Below are positions 40,629 through 55,357 of a stretch of DNA of 64,000 nt, one piece after another; positions within the stretch are counted from its first letter, which is position 1; every line of letters starts with the position of its first letter. The notes beneath the pieces were generated by a model. It saw nothing but the letters and a program-made list of their open reading frames with translations, did no database searches and had not been told where the DNA came from. The translations under genes and the position numbers were made by a program. The stretch comes from Eledone cirrhosa (taxonomy: Eukaryota), in the NCBI GenBank assembly GCA_964016885.1, contig OZ024742.1, positions 67,394,001 through 67,458,000 of the forward strand, in the 5' to 3' direction.

Positions 40629-41648
40629 CTGTGTTGATTATAATGTAATATACCTGCTTGAATTAGTCACATGGGGGATGCTACAATCGTTATTATCTAT
40701 TATAGGATGCTCATTAATGTGGTGTATTGTTGGTGAATTCTATTCCAAGGTTATATATATGATTCAATGTTCATTTTGTCGAGCTTGTTGCTAGCGTCGT
40801 AATAATGATCCGAGAATTCCATATAAATATATTAACTGTTGTTCATCCATCTGATGCGTCTTTAGTAGCAATATTCCCACTTAGGATTTACAGCGTTTTT
40901 GATTCGTGCCTTCCATACGTGACTAATCATGATTATTGTTATCTTTTATATCGCAGCAGGAGAAACGGTGACAACGGGGATTCACTTATATCAGTATTAT
41001 CGTTAAAAATGATGTTCTTATTTCTGTTACGTTGGCTGTTATTTACATTGCATCGATAGTGGATTAATACAGTATTTGCTTTGATATAGTGGTGGATGTG
41101 GCTGTTATTGTTGATCAGCCATGATAAAAAATTTCGTATAATGGAAATCATTCCCAATACGATTACATTTTTCTCTAATACAAAGGAATTCAGGAACACC
41201 CTATCCAAGGTGTGGGGCTTTTAAGGTCATTGTTGATGCTGTTGTAAATATTTGTGGGTCACTTAATTGTTCTGCTGTTCATTCTGCATTTGTTTAGTTT
41301 CGAAAACGATGCGGGTGATGAGTATTGTCTCACCAAATCCTCAACCCAACCATCCAAATATTGATAACATCACATCGAAACGCTGACTACAAATTTGATC
41401 AACACAGAGACACGTATGGTTACGAATATATACTGACAGAACCCACTCGAAATCGAAGTCCACAATAATAAATATATCAATCAGAATATCACTTGTAAGA
41501 ACCAACTGGTTAGTGTATTTTTCTGTCATTTATATCTTACATTTGGTGATTTTCCAAATACTATGAAATATATTTAGCGAATGCCAAGAAAATTGGTATA
41601 AAACGTATATCATATATATCAATAGATATTTACAGAGCCACATACTCA

Positions 41649-41716
<68 letters not shown>

Positions 41717-41727
41717 TACACACACAC

Positions 41728-41770
<43 letters not shown>

Positions 41771-42329
41771 GGATTTATATAGGAACATTTAAAGTTTTAT
41801 TTGTTTTGTATACACAAGGAATAGAGATAACCGAGTCTGCGCAAATGTGTATATAAATGTATACGTGGAGCAATGTAACTCGGAGATAAGTGTGTCATAC
41901 TAAGTAGCAACGCTACCTCTCCAAATTGAGAGGTCACAGTTCCACTGTTTCGGATATGTTGTTATAATATTTAAGGAAGGAATCGCTGGACAGATTGTAC
42001 GGGTAAAATCAACTAGCAGGAGACTTCAGGGTAGACTCCCAGCAAGATGACTGCATAACATCCTTCAGCTCGGTTGGTCTAAGTCAAGGTTTCCGTCGGA
42101 TCAACTGAAAAAAGTTCTACTCACAGCAGCCTCTAGAAGGCAAGTCTGAGGACTCGGGTCCCCCACAAACCTAGAAGAAGAAGAAGAAGAAGAAGAAGAA
42201 GAAGAAGAAGAAGAAGAAGAAGAAGAAGAAGAAGAAGAAGAAGAAACAAATTAAAAGGTGGCATCTTCACAGAAACACACACACTCGCATACATACACAT
42301 ATGTGCATACACACACACACATGTATATA

Positions 42330-42411
<82 letters not shown>

Positions 42412-42915
42412 GATCGATAGACTTTCGTCAAATCGGACCGGGGAAACAATGTTTTCACCGGACTTTCCAGTTGCTAATACTATCTATCGGTCGCAACTCC
42501 AGGTAGAAGGATATATATAGATGGGGCGAGTAAACTCCCCGAGATTGTATATATATATATGAGTGGGGAGGGGCCATTACCATAACATAAGTTGGACGAC
42601 CTTCTGGTTACAGATTCTGAACAGGGTTTAATTAGGAGTGACACATCAGCCTTTAGCGAAGTAACAATCAATAAAAGTATTTTACGTATCGTTAATTCAT
42701 ACGGTCATACATACATATATACAGTATATATATGTATATGTGTCTGTGGGTGTGTGTGTGCGCGCGCACGTGTGCGTGTGTGTGTGCGTGTGTGTGCGTG
42801 TGTGAAATAAACATAATGACAGAAGTTACATTATCAATTAATTCTCCATCTCCAAGGGTATTCACCCCATTATATAAGTTATTTTATAGCATCTCCGCGT
42901 ATGAGCACGCCACTG

Positions 42916-42990
<75 letters not shown>

Positions 42991-45811
42991 AGGGGGGGAG
43001 GTGTATATATATATATATATTTATTTCTTTATACATATATATTTATATAATATACATATCTGTGTTGTGTGTTGTGAATATGCATGCAAACCAGTATGTG
43101 GGTTAAACTTTTGTAAACCATCTGCCTAGAGGGTATATCTGTTCTGTCAGCTACTTGGTACACAGTGGTTGACGTTGCGTTGAGACTAGCATTTCTCCAC
43201 TATACCTCTTTCGATTACAGGAGAAATGTTGCCTCTCTCGATATTTATTTTGTCATGTTATACTTCATTAGTCCATTCCACGTATCATACTTATTTTGAT
43301 ATATCCATCTTTTCTGTATTTTTTTTGTAGGGGGTGGGGTAGTCTGTTTATTGTGTGCTGAGGCTAATAGTATTATCTCCAGCATAGTGTCTTTATTCAT
43401 ATATATAATGCTTTAGTCTTTTCTTCATCTCAATGTTTTGTTTTTTTTTCTTTTTTCGTCGTTTGTAAATTAGCTATCATTAGAGTCTGTGTATTTGCAA
43501 TATTGATTAAATAAATGCTAATCTACCTGATTAGAAATAAATACGAAGATTAAATCTTTTTCTTAATTATTATGAATTATTTTACAATTACTGGGAATAA
43601 TCCATCTGATATTCTCTTCTATATAGCGCGAAGTGAATTTAGATATATTTGCTTTATATCCTTATATGTATTAGAAATTTATGATGCTAATACATTAATA
43701 AGAATCAATTACATTGAAAATTTCAAATGAATCTCCGAGACATTATCCTGTCTATGTTAATGTCATTTTATCTCTTGATAATTCATAATAATAGCATAAA
43801 TCTAGTGGCGAATAAACATTTTGGTGCAAGATAGAAAATAATTACATAGATGGTACCTTCTAGGAATATTTTACATTCTGTTAGGTTTTATAACTACCTC
43901 ATTTTTCCGTCGGATTTGTGCATCATTTACTGTCATGTTCAAAATGGTAATATTTAAGTCCCATTGGTGTGCCTAATATTTTGGACATCTGCATCAAGAG
44001 AATACTACGAAGCACGCCAAGTTTTCTATCTATGAATTGATATAACATTTTTCTGGCCTTGGATGTCTTTGCGTCGTTGAACATCGACTCTTTTATTTGG
44101 AAAATTAAAGATATTAAAGTAGAGGTAGCAAAAGAGAAAAGAGAAAACAGATAAATCTCAAATGCAAGAGGCGATTAGCAGTAGCATCGCAAGCGACGTG
44201 CTAGCTTCGTGAATGACACTGGACCATTTAGTCTACTCTGGGGTCCCAAATAAGGGGACTGGAATAAGCGGTCGAAGCAGCTTGAAATAAGCGAAGGTGT
44301 TGGAATAAGCGACGACGTGGAGTAGGAAAATCGTTAATTGTTCTTGCCTGTCTCCATTGATTTTATCTTAAAACCAGAATTAGTTGTTTAGTTTATATCT
44401 TGAGACCCTAACCCATTCTATTTGTTTTATGGGATTTCTAGCAATGCACTTGGTTTCTCATATTTAATGTTTTTTAATGTCTAAAGAAAATTAATTGTAG
44501 CAGGAATGCTACAACTTAAAACAAATTTTCGCTGGAGAAAGATGAGCAAATTTTAATAGGTGCGGATGCGGGTGGAATACAGTCTCTGTAGGGCTTCTGA
44601 TAGATTAATAAGCGGAGGAAGGGGTATATTTGTTCAAGACCCGACAGTATACGAAACTCGAATTTTGGTGTGTCTGGGCTAAAACACGAGTTTAGAGACA
44701 CGAGAGAACGTGTCTTTTGGTAACTCGTCACTTTCAAAATGCTAAGCTCTTGACTCGGTGAGGGATCATGGCTTGACGCTTGGCATCTAGAACGTTGTCA
44801 GGAATCGCAGCTCTCTAACAGTTGCATTTAGGAGATATTACCTGTTAGCACTCTATGGAGGACATGTAGTAGCCAAGCAAGTGCGATGACGCCTAACATT
44901 ATTATTTTACAGGTAATTGATGAGTCAAGCAAATATGATCTATGAACTTCTCAAAACACATAGCATATAGGTGGATTATGAAATGCAATCCGGTAAAATA
45001 TAAGCAACATTTTTACAAGAACACATATACTTACACATGCATACTCATACATACAAACATACCCTATCACGTATATATGTTTATTTATTTCTATATACGC
45101 AGTTCTGAGCGTCTGAGCGTTTGATTGTTATAATTATCTCTAATGATATCGTGATTTAATATGTTTTTTTCTTATTTTCTTATAAATGGATGGCAAGGAA
45201 TTAAATATGAAATAACAGTGTCATGAAATTGCTGTCAGTTGATATGATTGGAAAGATAAGAGGCTGAAGATGTGTTCAAAACTTGTCCATAGTTTGCACA
45301 AGTAATGCATAAATAATGTTTATCACTTAGTTATTATACTCCGATAAAACTGTTATTATGTCGGTGCATCAGACATGGATTCTGATCAGAAATTTGATTT
45401 ACGATATAATTATATTTATGCGGAAGTTATACAGAATAGTAGTAGTCTGGTTTGCAATAAGTAATGATGTAGCCTACTATAATAAAACTAACATCCATAT
45501 GCTGGCATTATATATATTGGTGTAGATACATAAATACATTAACAGTTGTATAATTCTGTGTGCCTTCTTCTACGTCGCACAGCATTGAAATTTCATGTGG
45601 TATGTTCTCGTCCAATAATTAAACAAAGAATTTTTAGTATCACACATATAATTTATCTCTCCAAATATGTATATTTCTGGTTTACCAACTCTCAACTTCA
45701 TAAATATAGACAGTCGTACGCATGTACACACATGTATTTATATGTGTCTAAACTTCCTTATTAATCTTCTATTTCTTTGTGTCTGGCAATAATATATATA
45801 CCTATATATAT

Positions 45812-45945
45812 ATTTATTAAAATAACAGATTAAAGTTTAAGCAAATAATCGCTGCTTTCACCCTTACCGGAGTTTCAGAAGATCCCGTTAAGGGTTAAGC
45901 AGCGATTCTTTGCTTAAACTTTAATCTGTTATTTTAATAAATATT
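45812..45945. repeat. Short fold-back of an HHR-containing pLTR end (related to 22830-22900)
   Basis: Arms symmetric about TTTCAGAAGA at ~45876; right arm matches GAAGATCCCGTTAAGG..TTTGCTTAAA..TCTGTTATTTTAATAAATA at 22833-22899. Confidence 0.85.
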
Positions 45946-46027
45946 TGCTCTACGGTTCTTATATATCTGATATATATTTATCCTTATCGAGCCCTCTTTG
46001 GATTTTAGTCTTCAAATTTATTATTAT

Positions 46028-46029
<2 letters not shown>

Positions 46030-46072
<43 letters not shown>

Positions 46073-47060
46073 TGAGGTTGTCTGTCTGTCTATCGATTTT
46101 TGGCACACATCTCCTCTTAGAATCTCTCACGGAATTGCACCGAAATTGCTATACTTGTACATTGAGCCCTAGCGAAGACATCGGAAAAAAATATTTCAAA
46201 TTGACCCGCCCTATCTGACGAAATCGAATATAATGTATCGATTTTTGAGCGTAAGTGATAAGTTATTTCCCTTTGTTCTGTTTACATTCAGCGTAGCGTC
46301 TTACGTTCTCTTTACATAAGCTTTCGTTTTGCTTCATTTCCATTTAAAAGCCTTTTAAAACAATATTTTTACTTGAAAACAAGTCTATTTAAAGACTACG
46401 TAAATCAAGCAAATATTTCGTAAAAAAAAGCAAAAATTATATAAGTTTATTTAAAATATATGTATCTGTAAATTTCGTTAGGCGTGCAGACAGACAGTCG
46501 TGCAGAGAGGTGATATAGGCGTGCAGGCAGACATTCGTGCAGAGAGGTGATATAGGGGTGCAGACAGACAGACGTGCAGAGAGGTGATATACGCGTGCAG
46601 ACAGACAGTCGTGCAGAGAGGTGATATACGCGTGCAGACAGACAGTCGTGCAAAGAGGTGATATAGGCGTGCAGACAGACAGTCGTGCAGAGAGGTGATA
46701 TAGGCGTGCAGACAGACAGTCGTGCAGAGAGGTGATATAGGCGTGCAGACAGACATAACTGATAATTTGGTTACGCTAATGTTTTTCTCTGCGTTGCAGT
46801 GTTTACATTTTCGATCTTTGTTAATAAATAACCAGTGCAGTTTCTATCCCCAGCATCCTCTTTTGTTATAACATTCGAGTTATCGTTATGTTTTCTTCAC
46901 TTCATAAGGCATATTGTTGGTTGAGGGAATATTAATCAAAAACACCACATGCAAGTCTGCACAGTAGACACTACAGTTTTTAAGCCAATAAAGAAACTTA
47001 ACATTGTAACTTTAACACAGCTACTGAGCGACCCCGAGCAACGCCGGGCTTTACTGCTAG
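46030..47060 (+). mobile_element. Non-autonomous Helitron
   Basis: 5' CTATATA..TAAAACTGAGGTTGTCTGTCTGTC; 3' hairpin CCCGAGCAACGCCGGG followed by CTAG|T at 47057-47061; internal minisatellite. Confidence 0.75.
46481..46755. repeat. 37-bp minisatellite, ~7.4 copies
   Basis: Unit GGCGTGCAGACAGACAGTCGTGCAGAGAGGTGATATA repeated head-to-tail with few substitutions. Confidence 0.95.
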
Positions 47061-47162
47061 TATATATATATATATATATATAACGAAGGAAGTGTGGCAA
47101 TGAACCAGGTGGACAATAACCCGCCAGAGAACTCGATACTTAGTGTAGTAGAGTGGGTAATT

Positions 47163-47221
47163 GGAAAAGAGTCAGGACCCCGACGGCCGGAGCTCAGCCG
47201 TCGGGGTCCTGACTATTTTCC
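47163..47221. repeat. Strong 59-bp hairpin
   Basis: GGAAAA-GAGTCAGGACCCCGACGGC / GCCGTCGGGGTCCTGACT-ATTTTCC. Confidence 0.9.
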
Positions 47222-47279
47222 TATATATATACACACACACACAGACACACACATACACACACACACACACACACATATG

Positions 47280-47310
<31 letters not shown>

Positions 47311-48206
47311 GCATGTGTGTGTATGCGTGTGTATGTGTATGTATATATATATCTTTATATATGCTATTACACAACAGTCCACCATAAATTAGTGGAATGT
47401 TCCATTGTAGGAAAAGCCTCCACTTTAATAATGATTTCTGATTTAGGCAAAATGCCAAGAATGATTTGAGGGGAGGGAAAAGTGGATTAAATTGATCTCA
47501 TTGGATTACTGGTGCTTTTATATATATATTTTTATAATTTGGGAGGTCCTGGCTTCTTTATATTTTGTCTCTTTGATTGTCGCCAGCGAACTGCATGCGG
47601 TGGATAAAGTGTTGCACGTGTTGCTCTAATTCTAATGGCCAAAGGTAATAGAAAAAGAAGCGAACGGGACTTGCCCCATGTATAGGAGCAAATTTTAATA
47701 TCATGGTCACTTGTGTTGTTGCGCACAAATTTCAATTTTCACATTAATATATTTTCATGTTTTACTGACTCTATATTAGTACGAAATATATTCCTTCAAA
47801 TTTCATTAATTTTTGAGACAAACTGTTTCTCTCCATATATATATATATCCTATTTCATATATTTATGCATATATTTGCAATCTTATTTCAATGCACCTTA
47901 AAAAATCCAGCTGAACCGGGTAACGCTTTCGATAGTTTTCAAAATATGCGTTCTGTATATTTATTGTTGTATACCACATACCATGATCAGAATTTTAAAA
48001 TAGTCATCAGATCTGTGTCGAAAGACTCGGAAGACTTATTTTGAAGTTTCATTTGTAAACAAAATGTTAGAGTATTTACAGTAATAAGTACTCCCATTTC
48101 TTCCTCTTGCTTATATCTGCATTCAAAAGTGCTCATGTCTATCTCTGGGTGTTTCTCTCTCTCTCTCTTTCTTCTTTCCTTTTGTTCCCCTCTCTTTATG
48201 TATATA

Positions 48207-48279
<73 letters not shown>

Positions 48280-48329
48280 GTGTGTGTGTGTGCGCGTGAG
48301 TATGTGTGGGTGTATGTTTGTGTGTGTGT

Positions 48330-49245
48330 GTATGTATATATATAAGAAAGTAAGTCCATAGAATCATTTGATAACATGTATACAGTATTTCTTCTCCCAA
48401 TCAGCATAATCAACCAAATAAAAGATCAATTAAACGAGGCTATAAGTTTAAAATGTACCTATGAAGAAACAATACATAAATAAATGATAGCTATTGTATC
48501 CGCGATCCACAGCCACAGAAGATTTACCTAGTATTTCTAATAGCCCGTAGAAATTGACTAAACAAATAGCTAACCATACACAATTAGGTACAAAATCAGA
48601 GTTAGAAGAAAAAATGTACATAAACATACCAAAGTTATGTTTCGATCCCCAGAAGTTCCATTCGCTTTTGGGAAATATCCGATCATGGATGAATCAATGA
48701 GTTTCGAATTCATCAGGAAACAAACTCAATTGGACAAAGATTTTTCTTAAATGATCCCCGCCAGAAACGAATTAAAAATGGCAAAGAATTGTCACATGGC
48801 CAGTGGTCAAGTCAGAAAGCTTGTGATTGGTGCCTGACGGCGAGTAGGATGGTTGCTAGAAAGCACAGCCGAATACTGCCTAAAGATTTACTCAACCTTA
48901 CGGGAGTATATAAAATATAGAGGTTTACATAAACTAGAGAGAACCATAGATATATATATCTATCGTGTTTCTTCATGGGTACATTTTAAACTTATATCCT
49001 CGTTTAATTGATTTTTCATGTGGTTGATTATGCTGATTGGGAGGAGAAATACTGTATATATTTTATCACATGATTCTATTGACTTATTTTCTTATATATA
49101 TACAGACACACACACACAAACATACACACACACACTTTCTTATATATTGCTCTGATTGTTGATTATTTAATTAATTAATTCGTCATTGAGCCACACCGTG
49201 AATGGTTGCCAAAAACATATATATATATGGCTCTGTCTAGTTTAT
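48330..49245 (-). mobile_element. Non-coding pLTR cassette of the 24490-26130 family, with internal inversion
   Basis: 48350-48940 matches the reverse complement of 24825-25420; ~48340-48470 inverts to ~48966-49100. Confidence 0.82.
48639..48721 (-). ncRNA. Hammerhead ribozyme, same family as 25049
   Basis: GUUUC-CUGAUGA-AUUCG..CGAAU-GGAA-CUUCUGGGGA-UC-GAAAC; GAAA mutated. Confidence 0.68.
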
Positions 49246-49359
49246 GTATACCTCTATATTTTATATATATATATATATACATACACACACACACACATAC
49301 ACACGCACACAATTATGTATATATATAGATAGATATATATATACACACATATATATATA

Positions 49360-49621
49360 CCTTGATCACCTTAACCGACCAGTCTGTCGGGCGCCAATCG
49401 GCGCCGCTGGTCACAGCACGTCGTGCTGTTTTAGCCATAAGATAACGCCATCCCACTGGCTGGGCGGGCAGGCCGGTACTCATTTCTACAGCTGAGTAAA
49501 CTGGAGCAACGTGAAATAAAATGTCTTCCTCCAGGAAACAACACATCACCCGGTCTGAGAATTGAACTCACAACCTTTCTATTGCATGCCCAATGCTCTA
49601 ACCACTAAGCCATGTGCCTCC
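49360..49621 (-). mobile_element. Second tRNA-SINE family (CORE/MIR-like central region)
   Basis: Minus strand begins GAGGCACATGGCTTAGTGGTTAG (A box) with GAGTTCAATTC (B box); plus strand shows ACAGCTGAGTAAACTGGAGCAACGTGAAATAAAATGTCTT. Confidence 0.75.
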
Positions 49622-50199
49622 ACACATATATATATACATACATACATACATAATTATATACATACATATATAATTATATACATATATATATATACACACA
49701 CATATATATCTGGGTGTAGAGGTGTATGCGCATGCATGCGTTGGAGAGCATTTTTTTGTGCATGTGTAAACATTCAATTATGATTCACCATATTTCTTCT
49801 ATATATACACAGTCAAATCTCTAAAAAATAATATTACTCTATTATAGAATAAAAAGACATTAACTGCAACTGCAATTTCCATAAAATACTAGGAACAGAA
49901 TTCGTAAACATGTTAAAAAATGAAGGTAATGTCTACAGGGTAAAACCTTTTCAATTCATAAAAGCATATACTATACATTTTGCATTAATACAATAATAAT
50001 GAGAACATCAAAAACCATATCGATTATAATAATAATAATAATAATAATAAATATGTCTCTTATAAATTGGGCTGAGAAAAATAAAGAAATGATAAAGAAA
50101 GATATTTTATGTGGGGCCTTGTCGTTCAAAGACATACATAAACTCGGATAGTGAGACTTTCACACACATCTAAATGTATATATATATATACACACAGAG

Positions 50200-50370
<171 letters not shown>

Positions 50371-50512
50371 TGTATATACATGTAAAGTTATATTTAAAAT
50401 TGTTGGGTTACAACTAGTAAATATTTATAACTGATATAAAAGCACTCGACAAATATTTGGAGTATATTTGCAATATTAAATAAATGGAAAACTATATTTA
50501 TAAAACCATATT

Positions 50513-50578
50513 TATTTCATTATATATATTTCGGGGATATCATATTAACAATATGCTATGCCTTCATCAGACAAAATA
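50513..50578 (-). ncRNA. Type I hammerhead ribozyme
   Basis: UAUUUUGU-CUGAUGA-AGGCAUAGCAUAUU..AAUAUGAUAUCCCC-GAAA-UAUAUA-UA-AUGAAAUA, overlapping AAUAAA. Confidence 0.75.
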
Positions 50579-50663
50579 CAATATAAACAGTTTTATAGAT
50601 AAATATATTCGACATACCGTAATAAACTTCAACTTCATTTGAAGAGGTTTACGCTAGCAGTAA

Positions 50664-50735
<72 letters not shown>

Positions 50736-50736
50736 G

Positions 50737-50918
<182 letters not shown>

Positions 50919-51639
50919 ATTTGGCTTCGGCGTAGCTGGATACATACATGTATGTGAATTTCGTTTATCTAAAAATATACGGTATGCTTAATAAATACAC
51001 ATTTTGAAAGCCCAGCTATGAATATTAAAAGGCTGACGTCCAGCAGTCGGGTGGATTCCATCAGAAGCAGCGGGGCAACAGTCTATGTATATCAATGTCT
51101 GGGTCTCATCAGGACAGTGCTTCTCTCTGCTCACTGTTGAACTTCATTTGCATATGAAACTGTATGAGTTGACTCAACTTAAAAGTAGAATTAGAATTTA
51201 GCTTCGGCATAGCTCTATACATACATCTACAATAACATTCATTCGCTCGTTTGTCATTGCGTCGATGTGTCGGCTTTCGGGTTAAACGTACCACCGCGTA
51301 TCGCTCCTTTTGGATAGGTGGTGCCAGTCGTTTTATCCAAATTTCTTCCTTGATACTTACAGTTATAATGCTGTGTTCTGTTCCTATCACAATGACAATT
51401 ATTCTTGCGTCCTTATTTCCCCTTTTGCTGAAATGTCTCCGAGGTATGTTGGTATGTGTGACCGAGAAAGTCAAAGTAGGTATTATCTATGACAACGGAT
51501 AGAAGCTGGTGAATGCCGGTGGAGATGAGCCCGAAACATTGCAAGTTGGTGGACTGAACTAGTTCTGTCTGTATGTGGCCGGCTGGGAGTGCTGGAAATG
51601 AGGTGTATATACTGACCACATGGAGTCATACCTGTAGTC

Positions 51640-52060
51640 GCTCTATAACCTCATAGGAACTGTTGACCTATCCCGGTAAGGTACCCAGTAGAGGTTTCAG
51701 GGTTTGGGATAGGAGCGATGAAATCTTACAAAATGGTCCTTCCACGTTGAATACAATGCGCCTGATTTTCACGTCCTTGTTTGTGGGTTTTGACGAGGTG
51801 AGAGAAAACAGGTAGCCTATTGTTCCTCGTAGATGTTGGTCTATGTAGTGATGACATGTTCCTCAATCCGCGCGGCGTTGACAATCATACAGAGCATTTA
51901 AAGTTGTCCCAAATTGAAGGATGAGTACTTTAGACTTTGTTTTATCATGAGTTAAAGCTCTATTGATTTTTCACTGGATTTCTCTAAATTCTGTTGGATA
52001 AATCTATATCCTGATTCTTTTTGAATTGAGTTTGAATTATTTTTCCCATATCTTATGTTA
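51640..52060 (-). pseudogene. Highly decayed Penelope-type GIY-YIG remnant
   Basis: Minus-strand pieces in different frames: NFKCS, RIEEH, SHLVKTH, QTLKPLL. Confidence 0.45.
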
Positions 52061-52144
52061 ACTATTTTCCCATGTTGACGCTATAGTCACTTATATATTA
52101 TGGAATACTGTTAGCTTCTCGCTACAACTATTTCTATACTTTTC

Positions 52145-52216
<72 letters not shown>

Positions 52217-52281
52217 TTGGTGTGGGATGCTTAAAGCGTCCGTATGCGGTACACTGTTTGAGCACTCGATGCTCTTACATA

Positions 52282-52556
52282 TCACATAAGAAACGGAGAA
52301 TCAGTGGTGCGACGAATTAAAATTTATTAGACATATTACAATCGCTTCTCTGGCGACCAGCTCGAGGCACGATCGATGTAATGATCGAACCTGACTCCGA
52401 AATTGCAAGATCTTCGAGACGTGTGTGAGGATCTAGCGATTTCAGAGTCAGGCTCGATCATTGCATCGATCGTGCCTTGAGCTGGTCGCCAGAGAAACGA
52501 TTGTAATATATCTAATAAATGTTGATTCGTCACACCACTCATTCTCCGTTTCTTAT

Positions 52557-52562
<6 letters not shown>
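52282..52562. repeat. GC-rich ~130-bp-arm hairpin between TA tracts
   Basis: Symmetric about ~52422; arms end GAAACGATTGTA-ATATATCT-AATAAA. Confidence 0.9.
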
Positions 52563-52608
<46 letters not shown>

Positions 52609-53144
52609 ATCTCTTATGTATGTGAGTCGGTGTAAGTCTGTGATGATGTGTGTATAATAAACCCAGAGAAATGCTATGTATCGTATTTCTCCCATATATG
52701 CATATGATTAATATTTAAAATAAATTACCATCAACAGCATTAGAATGGAAAGATTATCTAGTATATTGAATATTGGCTATACATATCACCAAATTTAAAT
52801 GCAAATATATTTCTCAACATAATTTCTTTAATAATACAGGATAAAGAATTCATGCATACACTCTACAACATTCTTTGTAATACTCTGTCACACGTAAATT
52901 TACATCTGTATTGGTTTGCTGATTGAATGCTCATCGTTGTAACATATCATCATAACAAAATTGATTAAGAAGAATGAGAATAATATTGCTTTCTTTTATT
53001 ATTGTATAGGCTACTAATCTAGTGTAACATTACAGGCACAAATTCCAAGTCTATTGTTATATTTAATTTCAGTTATATTTCACGTCAGACGACATATCAA
53101 AGTTAGCCAGATTTAACTATCTATGATAAAGTAAAAAGTGATAT

Positions 53145-53182
<38 letters not shown>

Positions 53183-53199
53183 GTCTCACTTTTATATCC

Positions 53200-53316
<117 letters not shown>

Positions 53317-53552
53317 TAGTGAAACGATGACGAACAAGCAAAACACCAGAGTACAGGATTCAATATTTAACTTTAATAAAATGAGTATTAAAACTCTACT
53401 CCTACGGTATTGTGTACTGTTTTCTGTCAGCCGTCAATTACACTTGGATATGTATATATATATATATAAAAGGTCAACAGAAATAATAACACAATCGGTA
53501 CAGTATATGGAAGGGATATATTAGGTTAACGCTTGATATAGCAGGAAGAGGG

Positions 53553-53589
53553 TCTGAACGTTTCGCACGCTAGTCCTTCATCAGAAGAA
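53553..53589 (-). ncRNA. Minimal hammerhead ribozyme
   Basis: UCUU-CUGAUGA-AGGAC uagc GUGC-GAAA-CGU-UC-AGAC. Confidence 0.65.
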
Positions 53590-53709
53590 AGAATGAGAAA
53601 TAAGAAAGATTGAGGGGACGGGCGGGTTGGAATTGCAAAGAATGTCTTTATATAAAAACAACAGGTCCACATATGTTAAAATCTCTTGCAAAACATATAT
53701 ATATATATA

Positions 53710-53837
<128 letters not shown>

Positions 53838-54199
53838 ATGTATGTATATATGTATGCCTATATATATGTACATACACATAGAAACACATAAATGTACGTA
53901 CATATATATGTATGTATGAGCATATATAAAATGCTTTCAGGAGATAGATTTGAAACAAACATCAAATCGGGTGCTATGTAAGATAAAAAGAGACAACATA
54001 TAAATATAAAGCTACAGATTTTATGATGTGAAGGAAATTACTCGTGTACGACTTCTATAATGATTATAATGGCATTGAATATGCTGATAATACCAATGCT
54101 GCTGTTGCTGAAAATTTTCAAAAGAGATCGTAAGATATTACATATATTGGAAAATACATATTCGGAGATGCATTTACATGCTTTAGGAGATGCATACAT

Positions 54200-54237
<38 letters not shown>

Positions 54238-54243
54238 CTGTGT

Positions 54244-54338
<95 letters not shown>

Positions 54339-54339
54339 A

Positions 54340-54408
<69 letters not shown>

Positions 54409-54450
54409 TATATATGTATGTGTGTGTGTATATATAGATATACGTTATAA

Positions 54451-54514
<64 letters not shown>

Positions 54515-54809
54515 TTTAAAAATATATATATATAATTATATATATATATATGGGTGTTTACCTCATGCAATATATATTATATATGTTTACCTCATTTTTT
54601 GGGCGTTCAAAATATATATTATATTTTTTACCTCACTCTGTTTTTACACGCCCTTTCCCAATTGAAGTAAACAAACTATCTTCAAACACACTATGTGGCA
54701 AGTTCATTTCAATAAAACGGAAATTAAAATTCACCTTCGTATATTTTCGTACTAAAACACACTATGCTGAAGCGTACATTATATTACATTTCACGCATGT
54801 CACATGTAA

Positions 54810-54946
<137 letters not shown>

Positions 54947-55357
54947 GTTTTGCGAGGTTTTTTATATGAAATCGTGTGTCGAAACAGATATTGTTATATT
55001 TGGGGAGGGTCATATTTGCGTAATATTGCCAGAATTAATAACAGAACACACTCACTGTTTGGTTGGTTTTCGCTTCTCGCTGTCTTTTATATATATATAT
55101 CTGCGATCTAACTTACTCGGTCCTCAATGTTGCCATTGACTGACCGGCGGTCAAAAAATTAATAATTATGTAAACTATATATATGTGTTTGTGTCTATAT
55201 TGTATCTGTATTATTTTTGACCGCCGGTCAGTCAATGGCAACATTGAGGACCGAGTAAGTTAGATCGCAGATATATATATATAAAAGACAGCGAGAAGCG
55301 AAAACCAACCAAACAGTGAGTGTGTTCTGTTATTAATTCTGGCAATATTACGCAAAT

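Noticed and set aside
43150-44130. Possible very old RTE-type RT remnant on the minus strand
   Set aside because: Too decayed to show a diagnostic motif by eye.
46481-46755. CRISPR-like 37-bp repeat
   Set aside because: Head-to-tail units with no spacers, no cas genes and a eukaryotic context.
51000-51120. CTGATGAGACCCAG on the minus strand as another HHR (also a GAAAGTCTA half at ~42412-42427)
   Set aside because: A complete core with a paired stem I could not be assembled.
54032-54135. Exon-like plus-strand stretch [28 protein letters not shown] with donor GTAAGA
   Set aside because: In-frame TGA just upstream, no convincing acceptor and no partner exons found.
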